This document shows positions 18,699 to 28,295 of a stretch of 48,602 bases of DNA, piece after piece. Position 1 is the stretch's first letter. Each line of letters starts with the position of its first letter. Made by a program: the position numbers and the translations under genes. Source of the stretch: Candidatus Eiseniibacteriota bacterium (lineage in GTDB: Bacteria; Eisenbacteria; RBG-16-71-46); the NCBI GenBank assembly GCA_031364505.1, contig JANLWK010000085.1, positions 1 to 48,602 on the forward strand, written 5' to 3'. The notes under the pieces were generated by a model. That model was not told the DNA's origin. It worked only from the letters and a program-made list of their open reading frames with translations, and did not search any database.

Positions 18699-20813
18699 TC
18701 ATGCCAGCTTCGTCCGGCGCAAGAGCTGCGCGTTGACCGCGACGATGACCGTGCTCGCGGACATCAGTACGGCGCCGACTGCAGGGGACAGGACGAAACC
18801 CCAGGGCGAGAGAACCCCGGCGGCGAGCGGGATGGCAACGATGTTGTAGCCTGCAGCCCACCACAGATTCTGGAGCATCTTCCGATAGCTCGCGCGAGAC
18901 AGCGCGATGATCCGCGGGACATCTCGCGGGTCATTGCGGACGAGCACGATGTCGCCCGCCTCCACCGCCACGTCCGTGCCGGCGCCGATCGCCACGCCGA
19001 CGTCCGCTGTCAGGAGCGCGGGCGCATCGTTCACGCCGTCGCCGACCATGGCCACGTGCTTCCCTTGTGCCTGGAGCTCCTTGATCTTGTCCACCTTCTG
19101 CTCCGGGAGCACCTGCGCGAACACGGTGTCGATCCCGAGTTGGCTCGCCACCGCCTCGGCGACCGGTCGCGAGTCGCCGGTGAGCATCACCACCTCGATG
19201 CCTTCTGCGTGCAGGCGGCGGACGGCTTCGGCGGATTCCGGCCGGACCGCGTCCGCGATGGCGAAAACGGCGAGCGCGCGTGCCTCATCAACGAGGTAGA
19301 TCGAAGTGTGCCCGAGAGCCGCGGCCCGCTCCGCCGCGGCGTGCAACGCGTCACCCGGTGTGATGGCCAACTCGGCCATAAGATTCGGACCACCGGTTGC
19401 GAAGGTGCGCCCGTCCACCACGGCGCGTACGCCGCGACCGGGGAGGGACTCGAACTGGGACGAGGGTGGAACGGTCAGCTGGTGGTCCTGCGCGCTGGCG
19501 AGGAGCGCGCGCGCCACGGGGTGCTCAGAATCGCGCTCGACCGCGGCCGCGAGTCCCAGCACCGTGTCCGGTGTCATGCCCGGCTCCGTCGCGATGTCCA
19601 CGACGCGCTGCTCGCCGAGGGTCAGCGTACCCGTCTTGTCGAACACGACTGCGCTCACGTTGCGCGCCTCCTCGAGGCCCCGCCGGTCGCGCACAAGGAG
19701 GCCATTCCGGGCGCCGAGCGTCGTCGAGATCGCGACGACGAGCGGGATCGCGAGTCCGAGGGCGTGGGGGCAGGCAATGACGAGCACCGTGACGAGCCGT
19801 TCGACAGCGAACGCCGGATCGTCGGGGCGGACTCCGAGCCAGGTCACCAACGTGACGGCACCGGCTCCGATCGCGACGAGGGTCAGGATGAACGCGGCCC
19901 GATCAGCAAGCGCCTGCGCGCGCGAGCGCGATGACTGCGCCTGCTCGACGAGTCGCATGATGGAAGCGAGCATGGTGTGCTCGCCCGTACCGGTGACTTC
20001 GACATGGAGCGAGCCCGAGCCGTTCACGGCACCGGCGATGACCCTGTCACCCTCGCGCTTTTCGACGGGCCTTGATTCACCCGTGATCACCGATTCGTTG
20101 ACGGCACTCGTCCCGCGGCGCACGACTCCGTCGACGGGCACGCTGGCGCCAGGGCGAACGAGCACCGTGTCACTCTCCCGGAGCTCCGAGATCGGGACCT
20201 CCTCAGTGCGGTCGCCGAAGACGCGCACCGCGAGGTTCGGGAGGAGCCGGGCCAGTTCCCGCAGCGCGCCCTGGGCCTGCGTGATCGAGCGCATTTCGAT
20301 CCAGTGTCCCAGGAGCATGACTGCGACGAGCGTGGCGAGTTCCTCCCAGAGCGGCATGCCCGGGAAGCCCAGCGTCACCGCGGCGCTGAAGAGGAACGCA
20401 ACCGCGATCGCGAGGGAGATCAGCGTCATCATCCCGGGCAGCCGGCGTCTCAGCTCCTCGATGCCACCGCGGAGGAAAGGGAGGCCGCCGTAGGCGAAGA
20501 CTGCGATGCCGAACAGCGCGGGAATCCACCGCGAGCCCGGGAACGCGGGCGCCGCGTAGCCGAGCGCTCCTTGAAGCATGTGTCCCCAGACGAGGGTGGG
20601 CAGAGTGAGCAGGAGCGAGATCCAGAATCGGTCACGGAACATGGCGACCGTGTGGCCGGCATGACGGTCGTGCCCCGCGTGCGCATCGTGAGCGTCCGCG
20701 GCGGCTCCTTCGGTCGTTTGCTCGGCATGGTGTGAAGCGCTCCGTCCCGCCGGCTGCGCGCGAGTCGGTGAGTCGGGCGGATGGTCTTGGCGCGGGCCGT
20801 GGTCGTGCTTCAC
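18699..20813 (-). CDS. copB: Copper-translocating P1B-3 type ATPase
   Basis: His-rich N-terminus, TGES, CPH, DKTGTLT, SEHP, GDGVND, YN and MSAST motifs. Confidence 0.9.
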   Translation of the reverse strand: MKHDHGPRQDHPPDSPTRAQPAGRSASHHAEQTTEGAAADAHDAHAGHDRHAGHTVAMFRDRFWISLLLTLPTLVWGHMLQGALGYAAPAFPGSRWIPALFGIAVFAYGGLPFLRGGIEELRRRLPGMMTLISLAIAVAFLFSAAVTLGFPGMPLWEELATLVAVMLLGHWIEMRSITQAQGALRELARLLPNLAVRVFGDRTEEVPISELRESDTVLVRPGASVPVDGVVRRGTSAVNESVITGESRPVEKREGDRVIAGAVNGSGSLHVEVTGTGEHTMLASIMRLVEQAQSSRSRAQALADRAAFILTLVAIGAGAVTLVTWLGVRPDDPAFAVERLVTVLVIACPHALGLAIPLVVAISTTLGARNGLLVRDRRGLEEARNVSAVVFDKTGTLTLGEQRVVDIATEPGMTPDTVLGLAAAVERDSEHPVARALLASAQDHQLTVPPSSQFESLPGRGVRAVVDGRTFATGGPNLMAELAITPGDALHAAAERAAALGHTSIYLVDEARALAVFAIADAVRPESAEAVRRLHAEGIEVVMLTGDSRPVAEAVASQLGIDTVFAQVLPEQKVDKIKELQAQGKHVAMVGDGVNDAPALLTADVGVAIGAGTDVAVEAGDIVLVRNDPRDVPRIIALSRASYRKMLQNLWWAAGYNIVAIPLAAGVLSPWGFVLSPAVGAVLMSASTVIVAVNAQLLRRTKLA

Positions 20814-20973
20814 TGAGGGTCTCCTTGATCCGCTCCAACCATCACGCAGCGCAGAGTCATCAAGCTAGGCGCGAGACGCTTCACCGACAAGGGGGGGTAG
20901 AGTGGCGGCCAACGCCGTGGTGGCGACTCTGGCCGGAGTGCCGTGACGCGACATCAATTATGAGGAGGTCGAT

Positions 20974-21243
20974 ATGACGGGGTTGGATGGCAAGGTCGCG
21001 GTCATGACGGGAGGAGGATCGGGTCTCGGCGAGGCGATTGGGAAGGCACTGGCGAAGCGCGGCGTCAGGGTCGTTCTCTCGGACATCAACGTCAAAGGTG
21101 CGGAGCGGGTAGCCGCCGAGATCGGAGAGGCAGGCGGCACCGCCAATGCCGTGCAGCAGGACACCGCACGCCCCGAGGACTCGGTCCGCACTCGTGGCAC
21201 GTCACCCGCTGGGCAGGCTCGGCCAGCCAGAGGAAGTCGCACC
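20974..21243 (+). pseudogene. SDR oxidoreductase with a large internal deletion
   Basis: GAGGAGG RBS; GKVAVMTGGGSGLG N-terminus joined out of frame to C-terminal ALVARHPLGRLGQPEEVA; the catalytic YxxxK region is missing. Confidence 0.78.
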
Positions 21244-21299
21244 TGATCGAGCCGCTCCACCACATCGCGCTGCTGAACCCCTCTCCACGCCGTCCTCGA

Positions 21300-21860
21300 T
21301 CAGGGACCGGCGGGTTCCGTTGGTTGAAGCGTGACCTGAAGCCTGCCGACATCATATCCCTGCTCGGTCAAGCGCTCGAGAATGCCCGAGTAGATGGACG
21401 CGTCCATGGTCCTCGTGCGGCTCAGGATCCACAAATATTTCCGCGTCGGATGTCCGACGACCGCGTATCGATATTGCGGGTCGAGATCGATGATCCAATA
21501 GTCGCCCCAGAACGGCCAGAAGAACGTCACCTTGAGCTTGGCGTTGGTGTTCCGGTCGACCACGCGGGCGCGTCCCCGTGCGACCGTCTCGCGCCCGTCG
21601 AGCGAGTCGCGGTTACATCGATTGACGACCTGGAGCATGCCGTCCTCGCGCAGCGAATAGACGGCGGTGGTCGCCGTGCAGCCCTTCTGGAACCGCTGCG
21701 GATAGCTGGCGATCTCGTACCAGGTCCCCACGTAGCGCGCGAGTTCCACTTGCGCGACCGTCCGGATCGGCCCGGACTCCAGTCGGGGAGGAGCGGTCGA
21801 GGTGGTCGCGGCCCCGGCAATGAGCCAGACGAGACCCGTTAGAAGGATGGCCTGCATCAT
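21300..21860 (-). CDS. blc: Blc-like lipocalin
   Basis: RYVGTWYEIA (GxW), AKLKVTFFWPFWGDYWII, YLWILSRT; GAGGAG RBS. Confidence 0.9.
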   Translation of the reverse strand: MMQAILLTGLVWLIAGAATTSTAPPRLESGPIRTVAQVELARYVGTWYEIASYPQRFQKGCTATTAVYSLREDGMLQVVNRCNRDSLDGRETVARGRARVVDRNTNAKLKVTFFWPFWGDYWIIDLDPQYRYAVVGHPTRKYLWILSRTRTMDASIYSGILERLTEQGYDVGRLQVTLQPTEPAGP

Positions 21861-21906
21861 GAAATACGCTCCTCATGTTCGGGGACTCCCGCGCCGGGCT
21901 GGCCGG

Positions 21907-22416
21907 TCAACCGAGCACCTGCCTAATGACTCCACGACGATGAGTGAAGATCTCTTGGATCATGGGGCGCACGAACATCCTGTGCACAGGCGCCGAGAGG
22001 TATGAAAGCGGGAGCGCGTATTCCACCTGATCCCGGATCAGCGTGCCGTCTCGAAGCGGGATGAAGCTGTGGCGGTGAACCCAGCGCGCATACGGGCCGC
22101 GAAGCTGCGTATCGGTAAATGACCGACCCGGGATCCATTCATCGATGCGCGTCAGCCAGTAGATCGGAATCCCCAGGAGAACGAGCCGGTATTCGATCAG
22201 CGCTCCTTCGCGCATCACGATGGGCGGCGTTGTCAGGATCTGGAAGTTCAAGAATGCCGGCGTGATGGCGTCGAGATTGGCGGCGTCCGAGAAGAAGTCG
22301 AACGTCTCCTCGATGCCGGCGGCCACCGCCTGCTCGGTCACGAACGTACACGCGCCATGGGCCGTGCGGGAGCGCACAGGACCAAGATCCGACGTGCGCC
22401 GGGCTTCGAGCCTCAT
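21907..22416 (-). CDS. SRPBCC family protein
   Basis: FDFFSDAANL..ITP.FLNF..EGALIEYRL...W.T.I..W.P..SFTD.Q.RGPY..W.H.H. Confidence 0.85.
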   Translation of the reverse strand: MRLEARRTSDLGPVRSRTAHGACTFVTEQAVAAGIEETFDFFSDAANLDAITPAFLNFQILTTPPIVMREGALIEYRLVLLGIPIYWLTRIDEWIPGRSFTDTQLRGPYARWVHRHSFIPLRDGTLIRDQVEYALPLSYLSAPVHRMFVRPMIQEIFTHRRGVIRQVLG

Positions 22417-22601
22417 CGTTTCCCACTGAGTGCGCCGGCCTGAGCACGGGTGCTGACCGGTAGCTGTCGAGAACCTCTGCTCATCGGGCGCCTCGGGCGA
22501 CGCGGGGAGTGTCGGATGCGACGTTGTGCCTGCCGCATCCGACGGGTCCCCGCTTTGACGTCATGCGGTGCGACGGCTCGGACGAGCCTCGGGCTTACGC
22601 G

Positions 22602-22826
22602 TCACGCGGTCGCCCAGCGGCGCCGGATCGACCGCAAGAACAGGACCTGATAGAGCGCCGATAGCCCGACCAGTCCATAGATCACGGCGCCCAGCGCATT
22701 CTTGACTCCGAACCCACCGGCCCCGGTGAGCAAGGCCACGAGGTCGATATTCGCCAGCGCCACAAGGCCCCAGTTCAGACCGCCCACCACCAGCAGCACG
22801 GCCACGATCACGTCGAACGTCTTCAT
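22602..22826 (-). CDS. DUF378 small membrane protein
   Basis: LLVVGGLNWGLV...DLVA...IYGLVGLSALY; AAGGAG RBS. Confidence 0.85.
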   Translation of the reverse strand: MKTFDVIVAVLLVVGGLNWGLVALANIDLVALLTGAGGFGVKNALGAVIYGLVGLSALYQVLFLRSIRRRWATA

Positions 22827-22896
22827 CTCCATCTCCTTGGGTTCAAGCCGCCGCGCGCAACATCCACTCGGACGCCTTGCCGGCAGCGACGGGGCA

Positions 22897-23592
22897 CTAG
22901 TTGTTGACGATGATCTGGGCACCGAGCGCCTGGGCGCCGGAACCACCTACCAGGCCCTTCGCGAACACCGTGTAAATCTTCCCGGGCTCGAGAGAAACGC
23001 CATTGAGGGGCAACGCCACCGTGGTGGTCCCGGCCAGCCGCACCTCGAGGTTGTACGTCCCAGCGTCAACCGGTGTGAAGGCGGAGTACTGCTTGAAGGT
23101 CTTGTTCGCGAACAGGACCGGTCCTCCCTGTACGGCAACATCGACTGCCGGTGCGTCGGGCGAGAGGTGGACGAAGCGAACGTGGGACTTGCCGGACGCC
23201 GGCGGGGTGAGGTCGTCGGTCAGGACGATCGCGCCGATGTTGGCCACCACGTCACCGGCAAACACGGTGTAGCTCGTGCCGCCGGTCACGGGCAGGTTGG
23301 CATCGATCACCGTCGTTGTGGTTCCACCGACGTTCACCTTCAGGTTTCGCGTGCCGGCCGCAACGCCGAGATAGCCCGTGTTGTTCGGGAAGGTCAGACC
23401 GGTCTCGCCCACCACACCGTCCACCAACAGATCCACCGCGGGAGCGTCGGGAGAAGCGTGCACCGCCATGACGCGCGCCTGCGGCGTGACGACGGGGGCG
23501 AGTGGGTTGCTGTCGTCGTTGCTGCAACCCGCGAGCGAAAGGGTGGCGATGGCGGCCATCGCCACGAGGCGGAGACTCAGGGTCTGCGACAT
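22897..23592 (-). CDS. DUF4397 lipoprotein
   Basis: Lipobox LAGC; two repeats RVMAVHASPDAPAVD / VRFVHLSPDAPAVD; AGGAGG RBS. Confidence 0.88.
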   Translation of the reverse strand: MSQTLSLRLVAMAAIATLSLAGCSNDDSNPLAPVVTPQARVMAVHASPDAPAVDLLVDGVVGETGLTFPNNTGYLGVAAGTRNLKVNVGGTTTTVIDANLPVTGGTSYTVFAGDVVANIGAIVLTDDLTPPASGKSHVRFVHLSPDAPAVDVAVQGGPVLFANKTFKQYSAFTPVDAGTYNLEVRLAGTTTVALPLNGVSLEPGKIYTVFAKGLVGGSGAQALGAQIIVNN

Positions 23593-23700
23593 CGGATCCT
23601 CCTGATGAGATTCCCGGTGGCGGTGGCGACTCCACCTGGTCGGGTCAGCGAATCGCCGGCTTGTCCGGCGAACACGCGCATCTCGATGTCCATCGCACGA

Positions 23701-23745
23701 AAGTAGATTCCACGTTTGAACTGCTTATGAATAGATTTAACCACT
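23701..23745. promoter_or_regulatory. AT-rich putative promoter/operator between carH-like gene and DUF4397 operon
   Basis: AT-rich island with TAGAT/TTGAA/ATGAA/TTAAC spaced about 10-12 bp apart, resembling tandem CarH sites. Confidence 0.35.
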
Positions 23746-24023
23746 CCGTGATCTTTGGCGTCGCGCAGTTGGGACCTAAGAGTGGCCCTCAAATCTTGAT
23801 ATGCCTATGGCTCTGGAGGCACAATTGGCCCGCTGGTGGCTTCGCTCCGTGGCCGATTCTGAATCCTACTCAATAGATGTTCATCGAAAAGCCCACGAGC
23901 ACAAATTGCCCGATGGGCTGACATTCCGGTTCTAGCCTCGCTGACTTAAAGTGCGCGGCTGGCACGACACTCGGTCGCGGGGCACGGCGGCGAATGGCCC
24001 GGACCAATCTGGGGACGACGACG

Positions 24024-24968
24024 ATGGGCACGAACGAGAAACCCAGTCGCACGCGCAAGGCGCCGAGAGCGCTTTCGATCGGTGCACTGTCGCGTGCCGC
24101 TCGCATCCCCGTCGAGACATTGCGCACGTGGGAGCGCCGCTACGGTTCGCCGATGCCGGAGCGGAAGCCCTCGGGGCACCGTCTGTATCCGGCCGATTCC
24201 GTGGAGCATCTTCGTCGCGTCGGCCGCCTGCTGGCTCACGGCCATCGCGCGGGGGAGATCCTGGGACTCTCGCTACGAGAACTCGACGCATTGCTTTCGA
24301 TTGCCGATCCTCCTCCGACGCAGCCTGCAACGGAGTCGGAGGCCTCCCGGTTCGGAGGTGATCAGCTCGAGCGCTCCATGGAATCGACGCTGCGAGCGGC
24401 CGTGAACCTGGATCGCGAATCGATGGTGCGCGAGTTGAGAGCCAACTGGATCCGGCTCGGCCCGCTTCGCTTCCTCGAGGATTTCGCGGGCCCGTTCATG
24501 ATCGAAATCGGCAAGGCTTGGGAGCAAAAGGCCCTCGAGGTCCGGCACGAGCACTTCGCCTCCGCCTGCCTTTCCGACTTCCTGCGCGAAGTGCGGGAGC
24601 CCTTTGACCAACACGCGCGCGGGCCGCGGGTGGTGGCTGCCATACTTCCGGGCGACACACATGAGGGCGGATTGCTCATGGTCAGCGTAATCCTCGCCTT
24701 TCGCGGCTATCGCGTCGTCTACTTGGGCGCCGGAATGCCCGTCGAGCAGATCGCCGCAGCGGCGACATCGGGCAACATCGAAGTCGTGGCGATCAGCGTC
24801 TCGCCCGCCCTGCCGCGCCGGCAGATCGCCAGCGCGATCGTGCAGCTGCGCAAGCTGCTGCCGCGCCGCGTGCTGCTCTGGGTGGGCGGGGCTGGAGCGC
24901 CGCCGGCTGTCCGAGGAGTCGAGTGCTTCAACAGCCTCGATACTCTCGATGCCAGGCTCATTGCCTAG
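24024..24968 (+). CDS. MerR-family cobalamin-binding regulator (CarH/LitR-like)
   Basis: MerR HTH (SIGALSR..IPVETLRTWERRYG..P.R..SGHRLY), W-x9-EH motif (AWEQKALEVRHEHFAS), B12-binding PGDTHEGG..VVYLG; start uncertain (23994 or 24024). Confidence 0.88.
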   Translation: MGTNEKPSRTRKAPRALSIGALSRAARIPVETLRTWERRYGSPMPERKPSGHRLYPADSVEHLRRVGRLLAHGHRAGEILGLSLRELDALLSIADPPPTQPATESEASRFGGDQLERSMESTLRAAVNLDRESMVRELRANWIRLGPLRFLEDFAGPFMIEIGKAWEQKALEVRHEHFASACLSDFLREVREPFDQHARGPRVVAAILPGDTHEGGLLMVSVILAFRGYRVVYLGAGMPVEQIAAAATSGNIEVVAISVSPALPRRQIASAIVQLRKLLPRRVLLWVGGAGAPPAVRGVECFNSLDTLDARLIA

Positions 24969-25105
24969 CGGTGGAGCGGGTAAGTACGCTCGAAGTAATA
25001 GCTGCCGGCGGGGCCGGCGTCCGCGTAGCCGGTGTCGGGCTTCGTCGCCACCAGGTTGTCGGGGCCGGGGACGAACGTCGCCGAGGTTCCTCGATAGACT
25101 CGATG
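24965..25105 (-). pseudogene. Remnant of a secreted-protein domain
   Basis: HRVYRGTSATFVPGPDNLVATKPDTGYADAGPAGSYY resembles the FN3-like segment that precedes FlgD-type C-terminal domains. Confidence 0.5.
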
Positions 25106-25240
25106 CGGGGTGGGCGAGAAGTGCTCCGGGCGGATTGTGCGTCCGGACGCGACTCGTGTCTACGCGTTTCCAAGAATCCGCGCGCCCAACGTCGAAGCCA
25201 ACGCGCGGCAGCTTGGCTGTCCGTGAGGTACATTCGTCCG

Positions 25241-27568
25241 ATGCCACTTTCCGCCGGTACCCGCCTCGGTACCTACGAGATCGTCAATCCCCTCGGTGCG
25301 GGCGGCATGGGTGAGGTCTATCGCGCCAGGGACTTGCGCCTGGGGCGCGACATCGCGCTGAAAGTGCTGCCCGAGACCTTGGGACGCGACGCCAACCACC
25401 TGGCGCGATTCGAGCGCGAAGCACGCATCGTGGCGGGCCTGAACCACCCCAACATCGTCACGCTCCACTCGGTCGAGGACGTGGACGGCGTCCGGTTTCT
25501 CACCATGGAACTGGTCGAGGGCCAAAGCCTCGCGGATCTCGTCACTCCGGGCGGGCTGTCTCTCGATCGCGCGCTCTACATGGCCATCGCGATCGCCGAC
25601 GCGCTGACCGCCGCACACGAGAGACAAGTGGTTCATCGAGACTTGAAGCCCGCGAATGTCATGGTGACACCGGAGGGGCGAGTCAAGGTGCTGGATTTCG
25701 GGCTCGCCCGGTCGGTACCCGCAACGGCGCAGGCGAACACTCAGCGGTCAACCGTTGAGGATTGCCTCACGACGACCGGCGTGGTCGTGGGCACGGTGCC
25801 GTACATGGCACCGGAGCAGATTCTCGGCGAGGAAGTGGATGCGCGTGCTGACCTGTTCGCGTTCGGGGTTCTGCTGTACGAGCTGCTCGCCGGACAGCGC
25901 CCATTCATGGCACCGAACGCGATGGCGCTGAGTGCCGTGATTCTCACTCAGGCCCCACTGCCCCTCGCGAGCGTGCGTGCCGATCTTCCGCCGGACATCG
26001 GTAGCATCGTGAGCCGCTGTTTGGAGAAGAATCCGCGGGATCGCCCGCAGACTGCACGGGACGTGTCGCGCGAGCTACGCCGCGGGCGGCATGGTCACGA
26101 GCACCCGAAGGTCACGACACCCCACTCCGAGAATGTCGCCTCGGTCGCGGTGCTGCCGTTCGTGAATCGCAGCAGCGACGAACAGGACGAGTACTTCTCC
26201 GACGGCCTTGCGGACGAGCTGCTCAGCACGCTCGTCAAGGTCCCCGGCCTGCGCGTCTCGGCGCGCGCCTCCTCGTTTCATTTCAAAGGCAAGGACGTCC
26301 CGCTCGCCGATGTGGGCAGGGCTCTCAACGTCGCCACCCTATTGGACGGAAGCGTCCGAAAGGCCGGAGACCGGGTTCGGATCTCGGTACAGCTCGTCCA
26401 GGCTTCGGATGGCTACCACTTGTGGTCGGAGACGTACGATCGCACGCTCCACGACATCTTCGCCGTGCAGGACGACATCGCACAGTCGGTCGTGAAGGAG
26501 CTGCGCGCAACCCTGCTCAGCGAACCCCGGAACGAGCCCACCCGCACCGACACCGCCGCAGTCCTTGCCACCGCGTCCAAAGACAGGCCGTTCGATCCCG
26601 AGTCCTACGACCTCTACCTGCGCGGCCGCTACCTATTCGGCGCGTCGGTCGATGGCCCGGTGCGCGCGCAAGAGTTGTTTCGCAAGGCCATCGAGCGCTC
26701 GCCGCGATTCGCGCTCGCCTACGCGGGTCTCGGAGAGAGCCACGTCATGCAGTCTTGGCTCGGCTCGCGCGATCGCGACACCACCGTGTCACAAGCGAAA
26801 GGCGCGCTCGCCAGGGCTCTGGCGCTGGACAGCGAGCTGTGCGAGGCGCGCGTGCTGGCCGGGCAGATCAAGCTCTTCTTCGACTGGGACTGGGTCGGGG
26901 CCGAGCGCGAGCACGCCCAAGCGATCGAGTTGAGCCCCGGCAGTGACCTGGCGCTTCGCGAGTATGCCGTCCTTCTCGCGTCGATGGGCCGATTCGACGA
27001 AGGGCTCGATGCCGCTCGCAAGGCGCAGGCCCTCGATCCTCTGTCGGTCAACTCCACGCACGAGGTCGGCTTCGAACTTCTTTCCGTCGGCCGCCTGAGC
27101 GAAGCAGTCATCGAGTTTCGGAAGGCCATCGACCTCAATCCGACCTGGATCTGGGGGAACATCAAGCTCGGCATGACCTATTCGCAAATGGGCGAGCACG
27201 ACATGGCCATGACGTGCGTGCGACGAGCGGACGAGCTGCTGGGAGGAGCCCATGGAACCCCGCTCACTCAGACCTGGCTCGCGTCGATCGAATCACGGGC
27301 GGGTGACTCCGCGCGGGCGCGCGACACACTCGCAAGGCTGGACGAGCAGTCCCGGACGGTCTACGTCGATCCGTTCGTGATCGCGTGGCTCCATTACGTG
27401 CTCGGCGATCACGATGCAATGTTCGCGAGCCTGGAACGCGGCTACGAGGCCCGGTCGCCACTGATGGCGTTCCTCTTGCAGTCGAGGAAGTTCTTGTGGC
27501 GGGAGGCGAGTAGCGATCCCCGTTACGAGGCGATGATTCGGCGCATGGGGTTCGCAGCGCCGGCGTGA
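25241..27568 (+). CDS. Ser/Thr protein kinase with TolB-like and TPR domains
   Basis: GAGGMGEVY, HRDLKPAN, DFG, YMAPE; SVAVLPFVN..EYFSDGLADEL; TPR C-terminus; start at MPLSAGTRLG. Confidence 0.92.
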   Translation: MPLSAGTRLGTYEIVNPLGAGGMGEVYRARDLRLGRDIALKVLPETLGRDANHLARFEREARIVAGLNHPNIVTLHSVEDVDGVRFLTMELVEGQSLADLVTPGGLSLDRALYMAIAIADALTAAHERQVVHRDLKPANVMVTPEGRVKVLDFGLARSVPATAQANTQRSTVEDCLTTTGVVVGTVPYMAPEQILGEEVDARADLFAFGVLLYELLAGQRPFMAPNAMALSAVILTQAPLPLASVRADLPPDIGSIVSRCLEKNPRDRPQTARDVSRELRRGRHGHEHPKVTTPHSENVASVAVLPFVNRSSDEQDEYFSDGLADELLSTLVKVPGLRVSARASSFHFKGKDVPLADVGRALNVATLLDGSVRKAGDRVRISVQLVQASDGYHLWSETYDRTLHDIFAVQDDIAQSVVKELRATLLSEPRNEPTRTDTAAVLATASKDRPFDPESYDLYLRGRYLFGASVDGPVRAQELFRKAIERSPRFALAYAGLGESHVMQSWLGSRDRDTTVSQAKGALARALALDSELCEARVLAGQIKLFFDWDWVGAEREHAQAIELSPGSDLALREYAVLLASMGRFDEGLDAARKAQALDPLSVNSTHEVGFELLSVGRLSEAVIEFRKAIDLNPTWIWGNIKLGMTYSQMGEHDMAMTCVRRADELLGGAHGTPLTQTWLASIESRAGDSARARDTLARLDEQSRTVYVDPFVIAWLHYVLGDHDAMFASLERGYEARSPLMAFLLQSRKFLWREASSDPRYEAMIRRMGFAAPA

Positions 27569-27614
27569 GGGTGCTCTTCGCCGACATGCCTCCGCCGTGT
27601 CGGCTGGATAACTT

Positions 27615-28043
27615 TCAGTCGCGAACGCCGACGGCCTTGAGCAGCGCCAGCAGGCCGTCTTCCGTGCCGCCCCAGTGGCGTCGCACCACGTCTATACCGG
27701 CATGCTTGACGATCACTCGAAGAACGACCAAGACAAGGATCACGTCATCGATGTAGCCGAGGACCGGAATGAAATCGGGAATGATGTCGAAGGGGAGGGC
27801 CAGGTAGCCGAACAGGAGGAAGAGTCGGATCCGGAGGGACCGGGGCAGACTGCGGTCTGTCGCAAGCCGCTTGAGCAGCAGCAATGTATCTGGAAGGAGG
27901 CGCAGCGCTCCTTTCATCACGCTCGGTTTCGGTTTGGCCACCAGGAGAACGATGACCAATACCAGCCACACGACGAGCATCGCGATGCCGAGCGCGAGCG
28001 CGATCTGGATGAGGCGATGCATGTGACGGTGTTCCGCCTCCAT
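27615..28043 (-). CDS. DUF1232 (YkvA) membrane protein
   Basis: YLALPFDIIPDFIPVLGYIDD motif. Confidence 0.88.
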   Translation of the reverse strand: MEAEHRHMHRLIQIALALGIAMLVVWLVLVIVLLVAKPKPSVMKGALRLLPDTLLLLKRLATDRSLPRSLRIRLFLLFGYLALPFDIIPDFIPVLGYIDDVILVLVVLRVIVKHAGIDVVRRHWGGTEDGLLALLKAVGVRD

Positions 28044-28295
28044 GTTGAGTGATGTGCGTCGGCGCTCACACGCTTCTGCGGAACTCTCGATATGGGCGCG
28101 CGGGCCGCAGACCCCCAGTCCCTGACAATGCCTGACGTTAACCCGTTCTTCGGTGCCGCCCTACTCCGACCCGCGTGCCCGACACCACCGGAATCCGCGT
28201 CTTGAGTCACTCGAGATGCACGTAGAGGAACGCACGAGCAGGCGCAATTGATCTCGGATGCCGCGTCGACATGGCGCTTGAGGTAGATTCGCCCA

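Noticed and set aside
18441-20493. Long antisense or alternate-frame ORFs over copB, and likewise over ndh and the kinases
   Set aside because: Shadow ORFs expected at high GC; Arg/Ala/Pro-rich with no recognisable motifs.
24923-25240. N-terminal extension of the first kinase, and similar extensions at 13899-14129, 15323-15829 and 38342-38416
   Set aside because: Homology, RBS or -10 boxes indicate later starts; the extensions overlap other genes or are low-complexity.
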